64,000 bases of DNA, from positions 64,001 to 128,000 of the forward strand of contig OZ245003.1 in assembly GCA_965223425.1 (NCBI GenBank), written 5' to 3'. The translations under genes and the position numbers were made by a program. The stretch comes from Nitrosopumilus sp. Lineage in GTDB: Archaea; Thermoproteota; Nitrososphaeria; Nitrososphaerales; Nitrosopumilaceae. Shown one piece after another: positions 18,581 through 29,581 of this stretch. The notes below the pieces were generated by a model. The model searched no databases. It saw nothing but the letters and a program-made list of their open reading frames with translations, and was not told the origin of the DNA. Positions within the stretch are counted from its first letter, which is position 1, and each line of letters begins with the position of its first letter.

Positions 18581-19371
18581 ACCTTAAGATCTGGGTTAGT
18601 TTGTTCTTCTAAATTATATTTTGATTTATAGCCCCTTGGGTTTATCATCAAATCTTTGTAAGTATATGTGGATGAATTTCCAATAATTACGGTGCTAATC
18701 ATGCCTAATTTGTCTGAATGGTTAGGCAAATTTTCTAAATCTGTCATAACGATAGTTTCAGATTCTCTAAATGCCCCTTTGATAATTGCAACAGGTGTTG
18801 TGGGCTTTCTGTATTTTAAAAGGAGCGTTCTAGTATCTTGTAATTGATGGATTCTTTTTTTGCTTGCAGGATTGTAAATGACAATTACAAAATCACCTTG
18901 TGCTGCAGCTTCAACTCTTTGTTCAATAATTTCCCATGGTACCAGCAAATCACTCATACTAACAACTGCAAAATCAGTCATTAGGGGTGAGCCAACTATT
19001 GATGCGCAGGAATTTAGTGCAGATACGCCTGGAATAATTTCGACTTGAAGATCATCTTTAGGATTCCAGCCACTTTCAGCAAGCGTCTCATAGATTAATC
19101 CAGCCATTCCGTAAATTCCAGGATCCCCACTAGATACAAGTGAAACAATTTTTCCTGATTTTGCAAGATCAATACATTGATGAGCTCTTTCAACTTCTTG
19201 TGTCATTGCATAACGATAAACTGTTTTGCCTTCAATTAGATCTTGAACTAGGTTAACATAAGTTTCGTATCCAACAATTGTATCACTTTCAGCAATTACC
19301 TCTTTTGCCCGAAATGTCATATGGTCATGATGTCCAGGACCAACACCCACGATGTAGAGTTTACCAGTCAA
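18577..19371 (-). CDS. cbiH: Precorrin-3B C17-methyltransferase
   Basis: VGVGPG, SSGDPGIYGMAG, SMSDLLVPWE, NPRGY. Confidence 0.93.
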   Translation of the reverse strand: MTGKLYIVGVGPGHHDHMTFRAKEVIAESDTIVGYETYVNLVQDLIEGKTVYRYAMTQEVERAHQCIDLAKSGKIVSLVSSGDPGIYGMAGLIYETLAESGWNPKDDLQVEIIPGVSALNSCASIVGSPLMTDFAVVSMSDLLVPWEIIEQRVEAAAQGDFVIVIYNPASKKRIHQLQDTRTLLLKYRKPTTPVAIIKGAFRESETIVMTDLENLPNHSDKLGMISTVIIGNSSTYTYKDLMINPRGYKSKYNLEEQTNPDLKV

Positions 19372-19420
19372 TTTTAAAACAAATCTTTTGTCAAGTAATT
19401 TATCCGTTTAGTGAGGAGGC

Positions 19421-20881
19421 CTATTGGAACGGATCTATAAATGGGCAGTTAACTATGTGATCACTGTTAATTGGTCGTGCAATGCTTACAGATAACAAGT
19501 CATCTGCACGAAATGAATCAATATCAGATTTCGTTTCTAGAATTTTTGCTGAATTTTTATCATTCCACTCTACTAGATAAATTCTCCACATAGGACTGTA
19601 GTTGACATCGCCCAAAGCAGCGCTGGCGATTCCCGCTTGGAATCCTAATGGACCTGATCCTTTAATTCCGTTTTTGAATTGGAAAAGATCAACTGCTCCA
19701 GAATTAGAAACTAGGCTAGAAATAGAAGGGGATGAAACAACTCCCATTGCTTCTGCAGGTCCTGAAGGAGTAGCATCAGTAACAATATAGTATATTGTTC
19801 TACCATCAGGCCCCCAACCTCGATGAGCAACAAAGGTTACAGTCATTTCTTTTTCATTAATTTCAGTTATTTGACCTCCACCATACGACATTTCATCTGT
19901 AATTTCTTTATCAGAACGCACTACCATTTGCCCACTAGGCCAAACAATTTGCGGGGTGTTAAGGACAATTCCTGTTTCATTAAATTCAACTCTTCCACCC
20001 GCTTCTGCAGCTATAACATCAGCTGCAGATTCAAAAACTATTTCTTTTTGACCTATTTTCCACGTAACCTCGATTATAGAACTTAGTGCGCTATATTCTG
20101 ATTCTTGTGATGGAATACTTGAAAATACTTCATCTTGAAATCCATAAATTCCATCTCCCTTAATTCCATTTTTAAAGATGAAAACTTTTTGAAGCGCTTC
20201 GCCGGGTACGTCTGCAATTGGTTTGGCAAGTTCAACATTCCATCCTTGTTTTTCTGAAAGGGTCTTTGCATACTCTTCGTCGCTACTGTCAGTTATGATG
20301 TAAAGAATTTGGTTTCCCTCATAGATTCCCTTATGCATTGGGATTGTAGCAGGTACATTAGTTCTTGAAAGTAACTGTGACTGCTCTTTTTCTAATTCAA
20401 TTTTTTGCATAATTATTTCAGTTGGCTGTCCTCGTATCCAACCATCGACACTTACAGTTGTGGTGAATTCTTTTGAATTAGGTGAATGTAACGCAAGAGC
20501 AGCTCCTGTGAACTCAAAAGAGCCTGATTTTTCTTCTAGGGGGATCAGAGACAGGCCATAAACAGTTTTTCCGTCTACAGTCCAGGTAGGCTGACCTTTT
20601 ACCTCTTGGGAATGAATTTCATGTAAAACAACTATCTGAACAGGCTCACTGGCAGTAAATGTCATAGAACCATCATAAATCGTTCCTTTATTTGGCGATA
20701 GAACAAGGGCTAATTGCTCATTTTGATGACCTTGTCCTGGATCTTGAGAAGATGTAATGGTTTGGGTAAAGTGAACTTTTTTTCTAGAACCTGCATCTGC
20801 AAATTGATCAGTTATTGAAGAGATAGAAATTATACCAGCTACAAAAATTCCAATAATGAAAACAGCAATTAATTTATTCAA
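19421..20881 (-). CDS. Secreted hypothetical protein with internal duplicated domain
   Basis: Signal peptide; repeated YIITDSS...FKNGIKG.G..GFQ / YIVTDAT...FKNGIKGSGPLGFQ. Confidence 0.8.
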   Translation of the reverse strand: MNKLIAVFIIGIFVAGIISISSITDQFADAGSRKKVHFTQTITSSQDPGQGHQNEQLALVLSPNKGTIYDGSMTFTASEPVQIVVLHEIHSQEVKGQPTWTVDGKTVYGLSLIPLEEKSGSFEFTGAALALHSPNSKEFTTTVSVDGWIRGQPTEIIMQKIELEKEQSQLLSRTNVPATIPMHKGIYEGNQILYIITDSSDEEYAKTLSEKQGWNVELAKPIADVPGEALQKVFIFKNGIKGDGIYGFQDEVFSSIPSQESEYSALSSIIEVTWKIGQKEIVFESAADVIAAEAGGRVEFNETGIVLNTPQIVWPSGQMVVRSDKEITDEMSYGGGQITEINEKEMTVTFVAHRGWGPDGRTIYYIVTDATPSGPAEAMGVVSSPSISSLVSNSGAVDLFQFKNGIKGSGPLGFQAGIASAALGDVNYSPMWRIYLVEWNDKNSAKILETKSDIDSFRADDLLSVSIARPINSDHIVNCPFIDPFQ

Positions 20882-20919
20882 TAAATTTAACTAGGTGTAT
20901 TCCCTTAAATGATTTTGTT

Positions 20920-22323
20920 TTAATTTATTTTATCAAGTGCGAATGCATTATGTATAGCTCGTACTGCAGCATTTGTGTCGGAATTTTTTACAACTAATGC
21001 AAGATTGAGTTCAGATGAGCCTTGAGTAATCATTGATATGTTAATCTTATTTTTCTCAATTGCTCCAAAAACTTTTGAGGCGACTCCAACGGTTCCTCTC
21101 ATACCTGAACCGATTAGTGCAATGATAGCTACATTTGTAGTGACTTCTAATTTTTTGATAATTTTTCCTAACAATTCCATTTCTAATGTGCTAACTGCTT
21201 TGTCAAGATCGGCATTCTTGACTACAATTGTAATACTTGATTCAGATGGATTTTGTGAGATCATCATTACATTGATTCCAGCTTTTGCCAATGTTGCAAA
21301 TATTTTTGCTGCAGTTCCTGGCGTTCCAACCATACTACCGCCTCGAATGTCAATTAATCCGTTATTATGGATATTACTCACACATTTTACTGTGTTTTTA
21401 ACAGACAAGGAAGTAGATGCAGTTACTAGGGTTCCCTCATTTTTTACATTGAGGGAATTTCTTATCTTCATGGGGATTTTCTTTGTTAGTAGAGGCTCAA
21501 ATGTACGTGGATGTATTTGTTTTGCCCCAAACAGGGCCATTTCAATTGCCTCGACGTAAGATACTTCTTTGAGTAGTTTTGCATTTTTGACAATCTTTGG
21601 ATCTGCTGTCATTAGTCCATCTACATCGCTCATTAGCCAAATTTCATCTGCCTTGATACAGGAACCGATAGTTGTTGCAGAATAATCCGAACCGCCTCTT
21701 CCAAATGTAGTTACATGTCCATGTTGATCTGCACCGGCAAACCCCCCCACAACAGGAATTGTTTTCTTTGAAAATAAAGCATTCACCGTTTTTGATACTC
21801 TGAGTCTAGTTGTATCCATAAGCGGTTTGGATTCACCAAAGTTAGAATCAGTTACAATTCCAACTTCTTTGCCAGTAAGAGAAACTGATTTTTTACCTGA
21901 ATCATTAATTGCTGCTGAAACTAATTTTATTGATAATCTTTCGCCAAATGAGACTAGGTAATCCATCGATCTGGGGGTAATTTCTCCCAGTAAGATCATC
22001 CCATCAATTAATGCAACAAGTTCTGAAAAATCCTGATCTAATTTTGTTGATAATTTTTTCCGTACATCTGATTTTTTGATTGTTTGTTTCGCTAATTGTT
22101 TATGTCTGTTTGTAATTTTTGATACAAGTTGTTGAGCTTTAGATTTATTTTCTTTTTTTATAGACTCAGATATTCCTATAAGATCATCAGTAGTTTCACT
22201 TGTTGCAGAACAGACAACAATAATTTGATGTTTATTTGATAATGAGTTAACATGTTTAGCTACAGCTTGAATGTCTTTTGCAGTAGAAATTGATGTTCCA
22301 CCATATTTTATCACTAATCTCAT
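20920..22323 (-). CDS. lysC: Aspartate kinase
   Basis: KYGGTS, GRGGSDYSA, DVDGLMTADP, two ACT domains. Confidence 0.95.
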   Translation of the reverse strand: MRLVIKYGGTSISTAKDIQAVAKHVNSLSNKHQIIVVCSATSETTDDLIGISESIKKENKSKAQQLVSKITNRHKQLAKQTIKKSDVRKKLSTKLDQDFSELVALIDGMILLGEITPRSMDYLVSFGERLSIKLVSAAINDSGKKSVSLTGKEVGIVTDSNFGESKPLMDTTRLRVSKTVNALFSKKTIPVVGGFAGADQHGHVTTFGRGGSDYSATTIGSCIKADEIWLMSDVDGLMTADPKIVKNAKLLKEVSYVEAIEMALFGAKQIHPRTFEPLLTKKIPMKIRNSLNVKNEGTLVTASTSLSVKNTVKCVSNIHNNGLIDIRGGSMVGTPGTAAKIFATLAKAGINVMMISQNPSESSITIVVKNADLDKAVSTLEMELLGKIIKKLEVTTNVAIIALIGSGMRGTVGVASKVFGAIEKNKINISMITQGSSELNLALVVKNSDTNAAVRAIHNAFALDKIN

Positions 22324-22358
22324 TTCAAAATACCTGAATTAGTTAATCTTTAAATGCT

Positions 22359-23105
22359 TTAACTTTCCACGCGTGGAGCCAAGTAAAAGTGAATTCTGCC
22401 AATATTTGCCACTTTGAATTCAATTCTAAGTGGTTTTGCGCTTGAAAATTCACATGTAACCAGGCCTGCAGTAGTTCCAACAGCTTTTATCACTGGATTA
22501 AGATATTCAAGGCTGTAAGTACCAGTACTGTCTTCTTTTGAAGAGACTTCCTCAATATCCTCATCGTCCTTATCAAGATCAATTACAACTTCGCCAGAGT
22601 CACCTTTACCTGAAAAATCTGCTTTTGAATCAGATGTCTGAATTGTTAGATAGTCAGATATAACCTGTACATCTCCTAAAATCTTGTCAAATTTTGAAGA
22701 AGACAAAATAATTTTTGAATCATATGGAATTTTTGGCAGGGGAGTATCAGTAGCAGAGCTTTCAATTAAGCGCATTTTGTATTTTTTATTTTTACCAACT
22801 GTTACAAGCAACATATTTTGATCAGAGATACTGATTTCTATACTGTCTTTTTTGTCTGCTCTTTTGATAAGTTTTGAAAATTCATCTATTCTTACTCCAA
22901 ATTTTATGTCACTGTCACATTCATATTTTTCAAATGCAGAGTTGGGCCAGGATATGTCAATTAAAGCAACATGCGACGGATCCATTCCTCTAAAAGTGAT
23001 TCCTTCTGCCGTTGCGACAAAAGTGGCTTCTTCGACAAGTGTTGATATTGCAGAGATGATTGCTTTTAGATCGTCAGAACCGCTTGTTTTTGCGCCAAAG
23101 GTCAA
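22359..23105 (-). CDS. pcn: DNA polymerase sliding clamp (PCNA)
   Basis: MDPSHVAL, YSLEYL, FYLAPR. Confidence 0.96.
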   Translation of the reverse strand: MTFGAKTSGSDDLKAIISAISTLVEEATFVATAEGITFRGMDPSHVALIDISWPNSAFEKYECDSDIKFGVRIDEFSKLIKRADKKDSIEISISDQNMLLVTVGKNKKYKMRLIESSATDTPLPKIPYDSKIILSSSKFDKILGDVQVISDYLTIQTSDSKADFSGKGDSGEVVIDLDKDDEDIEEVSSKEDSTGTYSLEYLNPVIKAVGTTAGLVTCEFSSAKPLRIEFKVANIGRIHFYLAPRVES

Positions 23106-23139
23106 ATCAATTTTCTTGACTTTATGCTCCTGTTAAACG

Positions 23140-23460
23140 TTATGCGTAATTTCGCCAGGTATGCTTGCATTTAATACAACGATAGAACTGTGTTGTAGGT
23201 TCATCAGCGCTTCTTGTTTGAAGCATCCACCAAACTGCCTCATCATTTCCACATTTTTCACATTCAATTTTGATTGTTGGCAGAGTTTCTTCTCCTTCAT
23301 TGCCTTCAAAAGCAAGAATAGATTCGTCGGGTGTTTGCTCCTCTTCAATAATTTTTTTTGTTTGTTTTACCTCCTGGCCTTCTGTATATCCACATTTTGA
23401 ACACTGGAGACCAGAATCACTCTTTCTTAGCTTGACCTCACATTTGGGGCAAAATTTCAA
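23140..23460 (-). CDS. tfs: Transcription factor S
   Basis: N-terminal CPKC...CSKC; C-terminal QTRSADEP zinc ribbon. Confidence 0.95.
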   Translation of the reverse strand: MKFCPKCEVKLRKSDSGLQCSKCGYTEGQEVKQTKKIIEEEQTPDESILAFEGNEGEETLPTIKIECEKCGNDEAVWWMLQTRSADEPTTQFYRCIKCKHTWRNYA

Positions 23461-23461
23461 T

Positions 23462-23740
23462 CTAATTTACCTTAATTTTAGAATTAAATAATTGTTTTAA
23501 CTCTTCTGCAGTTTTTATTGCTGAATCCGTGGATCTTTTGATTGTCCCTAACGGTTTTGTGCTAGAACTGATTCTCATCCAACATTCATTGGTAAGGGGA
23601 TGTTTTATGATAACGCCTGCAAAATTGATATTTGATTCCTTTAGAAGCTCGTGTTGAATAACGTATAGAATTCCTATATCAGTCTCTGTGATTGAAAGGT
23701 TGATTTCCTTAGGTTTTGAACTGATCACTTGAGCGTTCAT
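23462..23740 (-). CDS. rpoL: RNA polymerase subunit L (Rpo11)
   Basis: FAG..KHPL motif; synteny with tfs and PCNA. Confidence 0.85.
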   Translation of the reverse strand: MNAQVISSKPKEINLSITETDIGILYVIQHELLKESNINFAGVIIKHPLTNECWMRISSSTKPLGTIKRSTDSAIKTAEELKQLFNSKIKVN

Positions 23741-23791
23741 GTATTCGGAAAAAGCACTTATTGTGGATATAAATCATTATGAACGATTAAG

Positions 23792-24328
23792 GTGGGAGAA
23801 AGCAGAATTTCAGATATTCAGTTAGTGAAGTCCAAGGATGAGTACTCATCTGACGAAAATGTTGAGATTAATGTCCAGTTTTTAGTTGAGGGGGATCTTA
23901 GAGACACCTTCAATGAGGCAAATTGGACCAAAGCATACAACAACAATGATGTATCTTTCAAATTGAAACATGGTACAAAATTGACGTCAGGGGGATTCAG
24001 AAAAAAGGAATTAGGTAGAACTGTTGACACCTACAGAAAGGCATCAATTTTTTGGACAAGAAATCCAAAATTGGTCAATCCTATGAAAGATAAGAGAATT
24101 TGGGTCCAGGTTGCCAAAAATTTTGAGCCTTTTATCAGGCTTTCAGAAGAAGAAGTAAGAGAGGAATTATTTGACTTTGATGAGAAATTTGTATTCAAAG
24201 CATCAGACTTGGGAAAAGGCAATCACAAGATTAGTGCTGAAGCATTTGCATCATGGCAGAAACATGACTATACAGAACCAGGAAGTATCAAGAATAGTTC
24301 TAGTGAAATTGAGATCACAATCAATTAG
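23792..24328 (+). CDS. Hypothetical protein
   Basis: 178-aa ORF with host-like composition. Confidence 0.7.
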   Translation: MGESRISDIQLVKSKDEYSSDENVEINVQFLVEGDLRDTFNEANWTKAYNNNDVSFKLKHGTKLTSGGFRKKELGRTVDTYRKASIFWTRNPKLVNPMKDKRIWVQVAKNFEPFIRLSEEEVREELFDFDEKFVFKASDLGKGNHKISAEAFASWQKHDYTEPGSIKNSSSEIEITIN

Positions 24329-24583
24329 GGTTAGGTTCAAGACTTGCTAAAAATGACGACCGGGGGTTTTTAACAGTAATTGATCTACGTGTCTTGATGG
24401 CAGATCGAGTCAATTACAACAATGCAGAACAGACTTTGCAAGCGTTTCTTGATTCAGGCTATGCATTATCACACAGTATTAATGCCTGATTCATCAAGCA
24501 ATTTTTCCATGCGATCAAGGGAGATAGTCTAATTAGACTCAGCTGCCATTTTGGGATAAAAATGGACGCAAGAAAAGAGTATG

Positions 24584-25276
24584 TTATTTTGTCACACGGT
24601 CTTTCAATTTCTTAACGATTTTTCTTACTTCTTTATCAGATAGTGCATCATTTCGGTTTTCAAGAAATTTGTTTATGTTGTTGATATTAGCTACGAAAAC
24701 CATTTTGTATTTCGGATCATATTTTATATTTCCTTTAATTGATAATACCACGCTAGAAACTCTCGGAGTCTTTCTCCATGATTTTAAGACATGCCACAAT
24801 AGCCTACCAGCCCTTCCTGCTTGTTCATGAGGACTAAAGTAATTTTTTTGTTCAACATATTTATCACTCCAGTTTTTAACTTCAATTGCGTATACGCCTT
24901 TTTTAGAAGCAACCACAAAATCAATCTGAGCAGATTTTAGATTCTTTTTTCCATTGTATGAGATAAAGTATGGCAATCCAATTCGTACTCCACATAAGAC
25001 ATGATATTCATCATCAAGTTGGGATAATTTGTCAAGGACTTTGTTCTCTCCTTTTGCACCTGCATGAAATGGATCATTCCAATTTTTTTCAAATTTTGTG
25101 TATTGTCTCTTTAATCTCCATCTTTGAAACTTTGCAACAAGCCCTTTGGCTTCGGCCTTGAGCTCTTCTTGCATTTCCGCCTCAACTTTAGTAATATCAC
25201 CAATTTCTTGGACTCGTTTTGGATACAAATCTAGAAGCTGTTTTTCACTATCTGCTCGACCATAAATGATAGCCAT
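24584..25276 (-). CDS. NERD-domain nuclease
   Basis: GAKGENKV...QIDFVVASKKGVYAIEVKNW...PHEQA; start placed at MAIIYG. Confidence 0.85.
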   Translation of the reverse strand: MAIIYGRADSEKQLLDLYPKRVQEIGDITKVEAEMQEELKAEAKGLVAKFQRWRLKRQYTKFEKNWNDPFHAGAKGENKVLDKLSQLDDEYHVLCGVRIGLPYFISYNGKKNLKSAQIDFVVASKKGVYAIEVKNWSDKYVEQKNYFSPHEQAGRAGRLLWHVLKSWRKTPRVSSVVLSIKGNIKYDPKYKMVFVANINNINKFLENRNDALSDKEVRKIVKKLKDRVTK

Positions 25277-25366
25277 GATTAGGGTTGTTTTGGATAAAAT
25301 TAAGAATTTATGATGAATCCTCCAAGAATAGTAATCCTCTTTAGATAAAAAAACCAAGTCTAATCC

Positions 25367-27047
25367 TTGAGTCTTTTAGATAACTTTCCGTCCAATCTAC
25401 AGGTAAGGGGCATTCAAAAAGAAATTCTTGACGGAATACAACAAAAGCTAAAGTCAGGATACAGGAAGATTATACTTTCAGCTCCTACAGGAATAGGCAA
25501 ATCTGCAATTGCTATGACGTTGGCAAAAAGCTATAAAAAATCTTTTGTTGTTACTTCCTCAAAAAATCTTCAAGATCAATATATTGATGATTTTGATATA
25601 TTAGTCCCAGTTAAAGGCAAATCTAATTTTTCATGTTTTAAGGCTATGGAACAGAAAGATATTGATCTGCAAGAATGCGAGGTAGCCATACGTCAAGGTC
25701 TTACTTGTGATAAAGGTGAATGTGAAGAAAAAACTGAAAATGGGAAAAGGCAAAACTGTAAATTTAAACCACGCATACAAGACTTTGAAGCTAAAACATT
25801 TCAAGAGATTATTTGTCCTTACTATGAACAAAAATACTCAGCATTGCTTTCAGATCACTCGGTATGGAATTATCATTCTTATTTCCAGATTGTTAAATAC
25901 AATCTAAGCGTTTATGGGGATTATCTAAATAGAAATATCTCTATTTTTGATGAAGCTCATTCAATAGAACAACAAATTATTCAATTCGTTGGAATTGAAA
26001 TTATTAAAAAACACGTTGATGAATGCGGAATTAGAATCAAGTCATATGATCTGTCTGATATAGAAATGATTACTCAGTTATTACATAATCTGGCGGAATT
26101 TTATGCACGTGAAGTTAAAGAAATTCGAGAAAGCAGAGCTTATCAAGAAAATCCCGATTATAATCGAATTAGGATATTTAGATTATAATTATGAAAGATT
26201 TGCAAGGGCTAGAATTGAGATTGTTTCTGATCCAGAAAATTTCATCATCAATAAGCCAAATTATGAGAAGGGAAAATTCAAATCAATTACGATAAAACCC
26301 CTTGATATTTCGAAATATGTTAAATCGTTTTTTATAACTCCATTTCAAATTTTCATGTCAGCAACGATCGATAAGGACGCTTTTTGCCAAAATATGGGAT
26401 TTTCACCTGATGAAATAGCCATGGTGGATACTCCATGCTCCCCATTTCCTTTAGAAAATCGCAAAGTAGAGTTTCTAAATACCGCCAGACTGTCATATAC
26501 GAGTCCTTTAGTAATTGAGAATAGGCTATGGTTAAAGATTGATGAAATCTTATCCAAGCACAAAAACCAAAGAGGGATAATCCTTACCTCTTCTATCTAC
26601 AGATGTAAAAATATTGTAAAAAATCTCTCTTCAAAAAATAAGAACAGGGTTAGAATTTGTCATGCTAGAAATCCAAACGGAAAAACACAAGACGACATTA
26701 TAAAAGAACACTCTGACTCAGAAGATGGTGTTTTAGTTTCTTCATCACTTTGGCAAGGAGTAGACTTGAAGAATGATCTGTCAAGATTTCAAATTATTGC
26801 AAAGGCCCCGTATCCAAATTATACTGAGAAATGGATTGAATCTAAAATGGAAAGGTATCCGCTTTGGTACACATCACAAACAATCACCAAGATATTGCAA
26901 GGGTTTGGCCGTTCCATAAGAAATAAACAAGATTGGGCCATAACTTATGTTTTAGATTCGGCTGTTGAGCCCTTGCTTAATAATTCAAAGAATTTAGTTC
27001 CTAAATCATATTACGATGTTCTTGGATGGGATGTGTTATCGGAATAA
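25367..27047 (+). pseudogene. DinG/Rad3-like SF2 helicase split by a frameshift near 26170 (real or sequencing error)
   Basis: APTGIGKS, Fe-S-type Cys, DEAH in 25367-26188; MSAT, WQGVD, QGFGRSIR in 26103-27047. Confidence 0.85.
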
Positions 27048-27323
27048 AATTGGAATCATATCATGTCTTCAAAAATATCTTACCTTCAGTTTATGAAGAA
27101 ATTAAAAATTTATCAAATTAGGATATAAGATCCAAATTTTGACAAAAAATTCCTTGGGGCTTGAAGAGTATTTTGATATTTTGTCTGAATCTATCAAAGT
27201 ACACTACTATACAAATGGAAAATTACTTTTTCAATCAAGCCCAACAAATAAAACATATGTAAAATTGGTTTTTGATATAGATCGAAAATTTTCATTGAAT
27301 TCGCTTGATAAAATAGAATAAAA

Positions 27324-27819
27324 ACCAACTATGATTTCATCAGACGTAAAAAATTTTTGTAGATTGTGATGAGACAGGTGCAAGAGCACTGCCCTGCCTG
27401 TGTCTATTGGGATGTTGATGTCCTGTCTGGGCTTCCACAGATCACGCTCAAGATTCAGCTCCACGTCTTTCTGCTTCAGCTCCTTGCCCTTCTGCTCCAG
27501 AGTCTTCTTTAGTTTTTTGTTCTCCTGTTGCAGCCTGCGTATGGTCTGATCAGAGGAATTTGGCGTTTGGTGTGTGGCGTGATCATGTCTGATCTAAACT
27601 TATTGGTGTGGGTTCGGATGGATCATGCATAATCTCTTATGTGTATTTTTTTAAAACTATTTGATCACTCAGATCTAGCGATCATCGTATATCATTATCA
27701 AAGTTATATCAATATGAATGTCATAATGTGGCATGCAACACTTGCCTCTGCACATCAGGCATGAAAAATATGCCAAACCCGAAGAATCGTGATTTATTGA
27801 CGATTAGGTCATAGTTAGT
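27324..27819 (-). mobile_element. Internally deleted IS5-like remnant
   Basis: Minus strand SSDQTIRRLQQENKKLK..LKQKD resembles 40531 MESSEQTIRRLQRELKQKD; imperfect ends ACCAACTATGA / TCATAGTTAGT. Confidence 0.55.
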
Positions 27820-27874
27820 ACAAGTCCTCATGAAAGTTTTAAAAATACCAGATCGTCGTAACATATGAGAGGAA

Positions 27875-28567
27875 ATGGCAGAGGAAGTAGAATATCAATC
27901 CATTGACTTGAAAAATTTGCTAGGTAGTACGTTAAATGACATTGAAGAAAAATATGCTCCAGAAACAATTTACTACAAAGGATCAATAGAAATTCCGTTA
28001 CCATGTGCTAGAGTTTCGGTTATTGGTACAAGGGAACCAACAGAAGATGGACTTGAAGCTGCTGAACAAGTTTCAAAGATTCTCATAGAAAACAATGTTG
28101 TTATTGTAAGTGGACTTGCAAAGGGAATTGATACAGTAGGACACAAAACTGCCATGAAGAATGGCGGTAAAACCATTGCAGTTATTGGAACGCCCCTAAA
28201 CAAGACATATCCAACAGAAAATACCGAACTGCAAGAAGAGCTTATGAAGAATCATCTAGTTATTTCTCAATTCCCAGTAGGTCACATTACAACAAAGAAA
28301 GACTTTGTATTCCGAAATCGTACAATGGCATTAATCTCTGATGCTTCCGTAATTGTAGAAGCTGGAGAAGGTAGTGGGACATTATATCAAGGATGGGAAA
28401 CCTTACGATTGGGAAGACCGTTGTTTATTTGCAAATCAGTAGTTCATAATCCAAAATTAGAATGGCCAAAAAAGATGATGAAATATGGTGCAACAGAACT
28501 TGATGATCCTGCAGACATTTTAGAAATTCTTCCATCAAATATTAAAATGCCAGAATTGTTTCAGTGA
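27875..28567 (+). CDS. DprA/Smf Rossmann-fold protein
   Basis: VIGTR, VSGLAKGIDT, FVFRNRTMA, IVEAGEGSGT; lacks the SAM and C-terminal wHTH domains. Confidence 0.92.
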   Translation: MAEEVEYQSIDLKNLLGSTLNDIEEKYAPETIYYKGSIEIPLPCARVSVIGTREPTEDGLEAAEQVSKILIENNVVIVSGLAKGIDTVGHKTAMKNGGKTIAVIGTPLNKTYPTENTELQEELMKNHLVISQFPVGHITTKKDFVFRNRTMALISDASVIVEAGEGSGTLYQGWETLRLGRPLFICKSVVHNPKLEWPKKMMKYGATELDDPADILEILPSNIKMPELFQ

Positions 28568-29223
28568 TATTCACAATGGACATATCTGAAATAGAATTTG
28601 GTTCTCTATTGAGTTATTCGGTGCGTGGTACATCGAAAAAAGCTGAAGAATCTAAATCAGCTATGAGAAATCTTAAACAGGATAATGTTTTGAGTTCAGA
28701 AATTTTAACGTCAGAATATGTTGCACAGGCATTGAGAAAAAAGATCAAAGAATATCCATTTGCAGATTTTTTCAATTCTGATACAATTCTTGTACCCATA
28801 CCAAGAAGTTCATTACCAATACTAGGAATGCTTTGGGTATCAGAACGTATTACAACAGCACTAATCAACAACGGGCTAGGCAGATCATCTGAACCATGTT
28901 TAGAACGGGTTAGTGCTGTAGCAAGATCATCTGGCCAAAGAATTGGATTCAGAAGAGCAAGTCCATCAGAACATTATGAATCAATGAGAGTTAGAGAATT
29001 GTTGTTTGAACCTAAAGAAATCGTTGCAGTTGATGATGTTGTTACTAGAGGGTCAACATTTCTAGGAGGAGTAAATAGACTTGCAGAAGCATTTCCCAAT
29101 GCAAAGATCCGTGCATTTGCGGTTATGAGATCAATTTATGATGCAGGTGATTTTTCAGATGTTGTTGATCCTTGTATAGGTAAGATTACTATGTTTAATG
29201 ATATACCACAAAGAAGACCATAG
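28564..29223 (+). CDS. Phosphoribosyltransferase (ComF-like PRTase domain)
   Basis: LVPIPRS and VDDVVTRGST PRPP-binding loop; overlaps the DprA stop. Confidence 0.88.
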   Translation: MIFTMDISEIEFGSLLSYSVRGTSKKAEESKSAMRNLKQDNVLSSEILTSEYVAQALRKKIKEYPFADFFNSDTILVPIPRSSLPILGMLWVSERITTALINNGLGRSSEPCLERVSAVARSSGQRIGFRRASPSEHYESMRVRELLFEPKEIVAVDDVVTRGSTFLGGVNRLAEAFPNAKIRAFAVMRSIYDAGDFSDVVDPCIGKITMFNDIPQRRP

Positions 29224-29581
29224 ACTTTTCTTGAAGACAGATTTACAGATCCAAATTACAATTCATACAATACCAATTGTCCTTTGGGGGTTTTATCTCT
29301 TATTCTTTTGGGATGTTTGCATTCTCAAACAAGCTCCTTTCTCAAAGAATCCAAAATCAGAACATTTTGATCCAAGTTCCGCAAGTGTTTGAACAAAACT
29401 GAAATTGATCATTGTCAGTTCCACGTCTTTGAAGGATCTACCATTTCGTCTCTTAGCTTAGTGTTCCTTTCAACATAAATCTACCAAAAAACTGCTTTTT
29501 TTGTAACCATCAGGCTCAAAAAACTAAAATAGAAAAAAACAGAACTGGTCAACAAATGCAGTCCTGTAATAGACTGACATG

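Noticed and set aside
24397-24490. Possible GHKL/MORC ATPase N-terminal remnant (QAFLDSGY)
   Set aside because: Too short and truncated to support a family call by eye
27875-29223. Natural competence locus (dprA-comF)
   Set aside because: DprA lacks accessory domains, the PRTase lacks the ComF zinc finger, no uptake genes are nearby, and the context is a defence island
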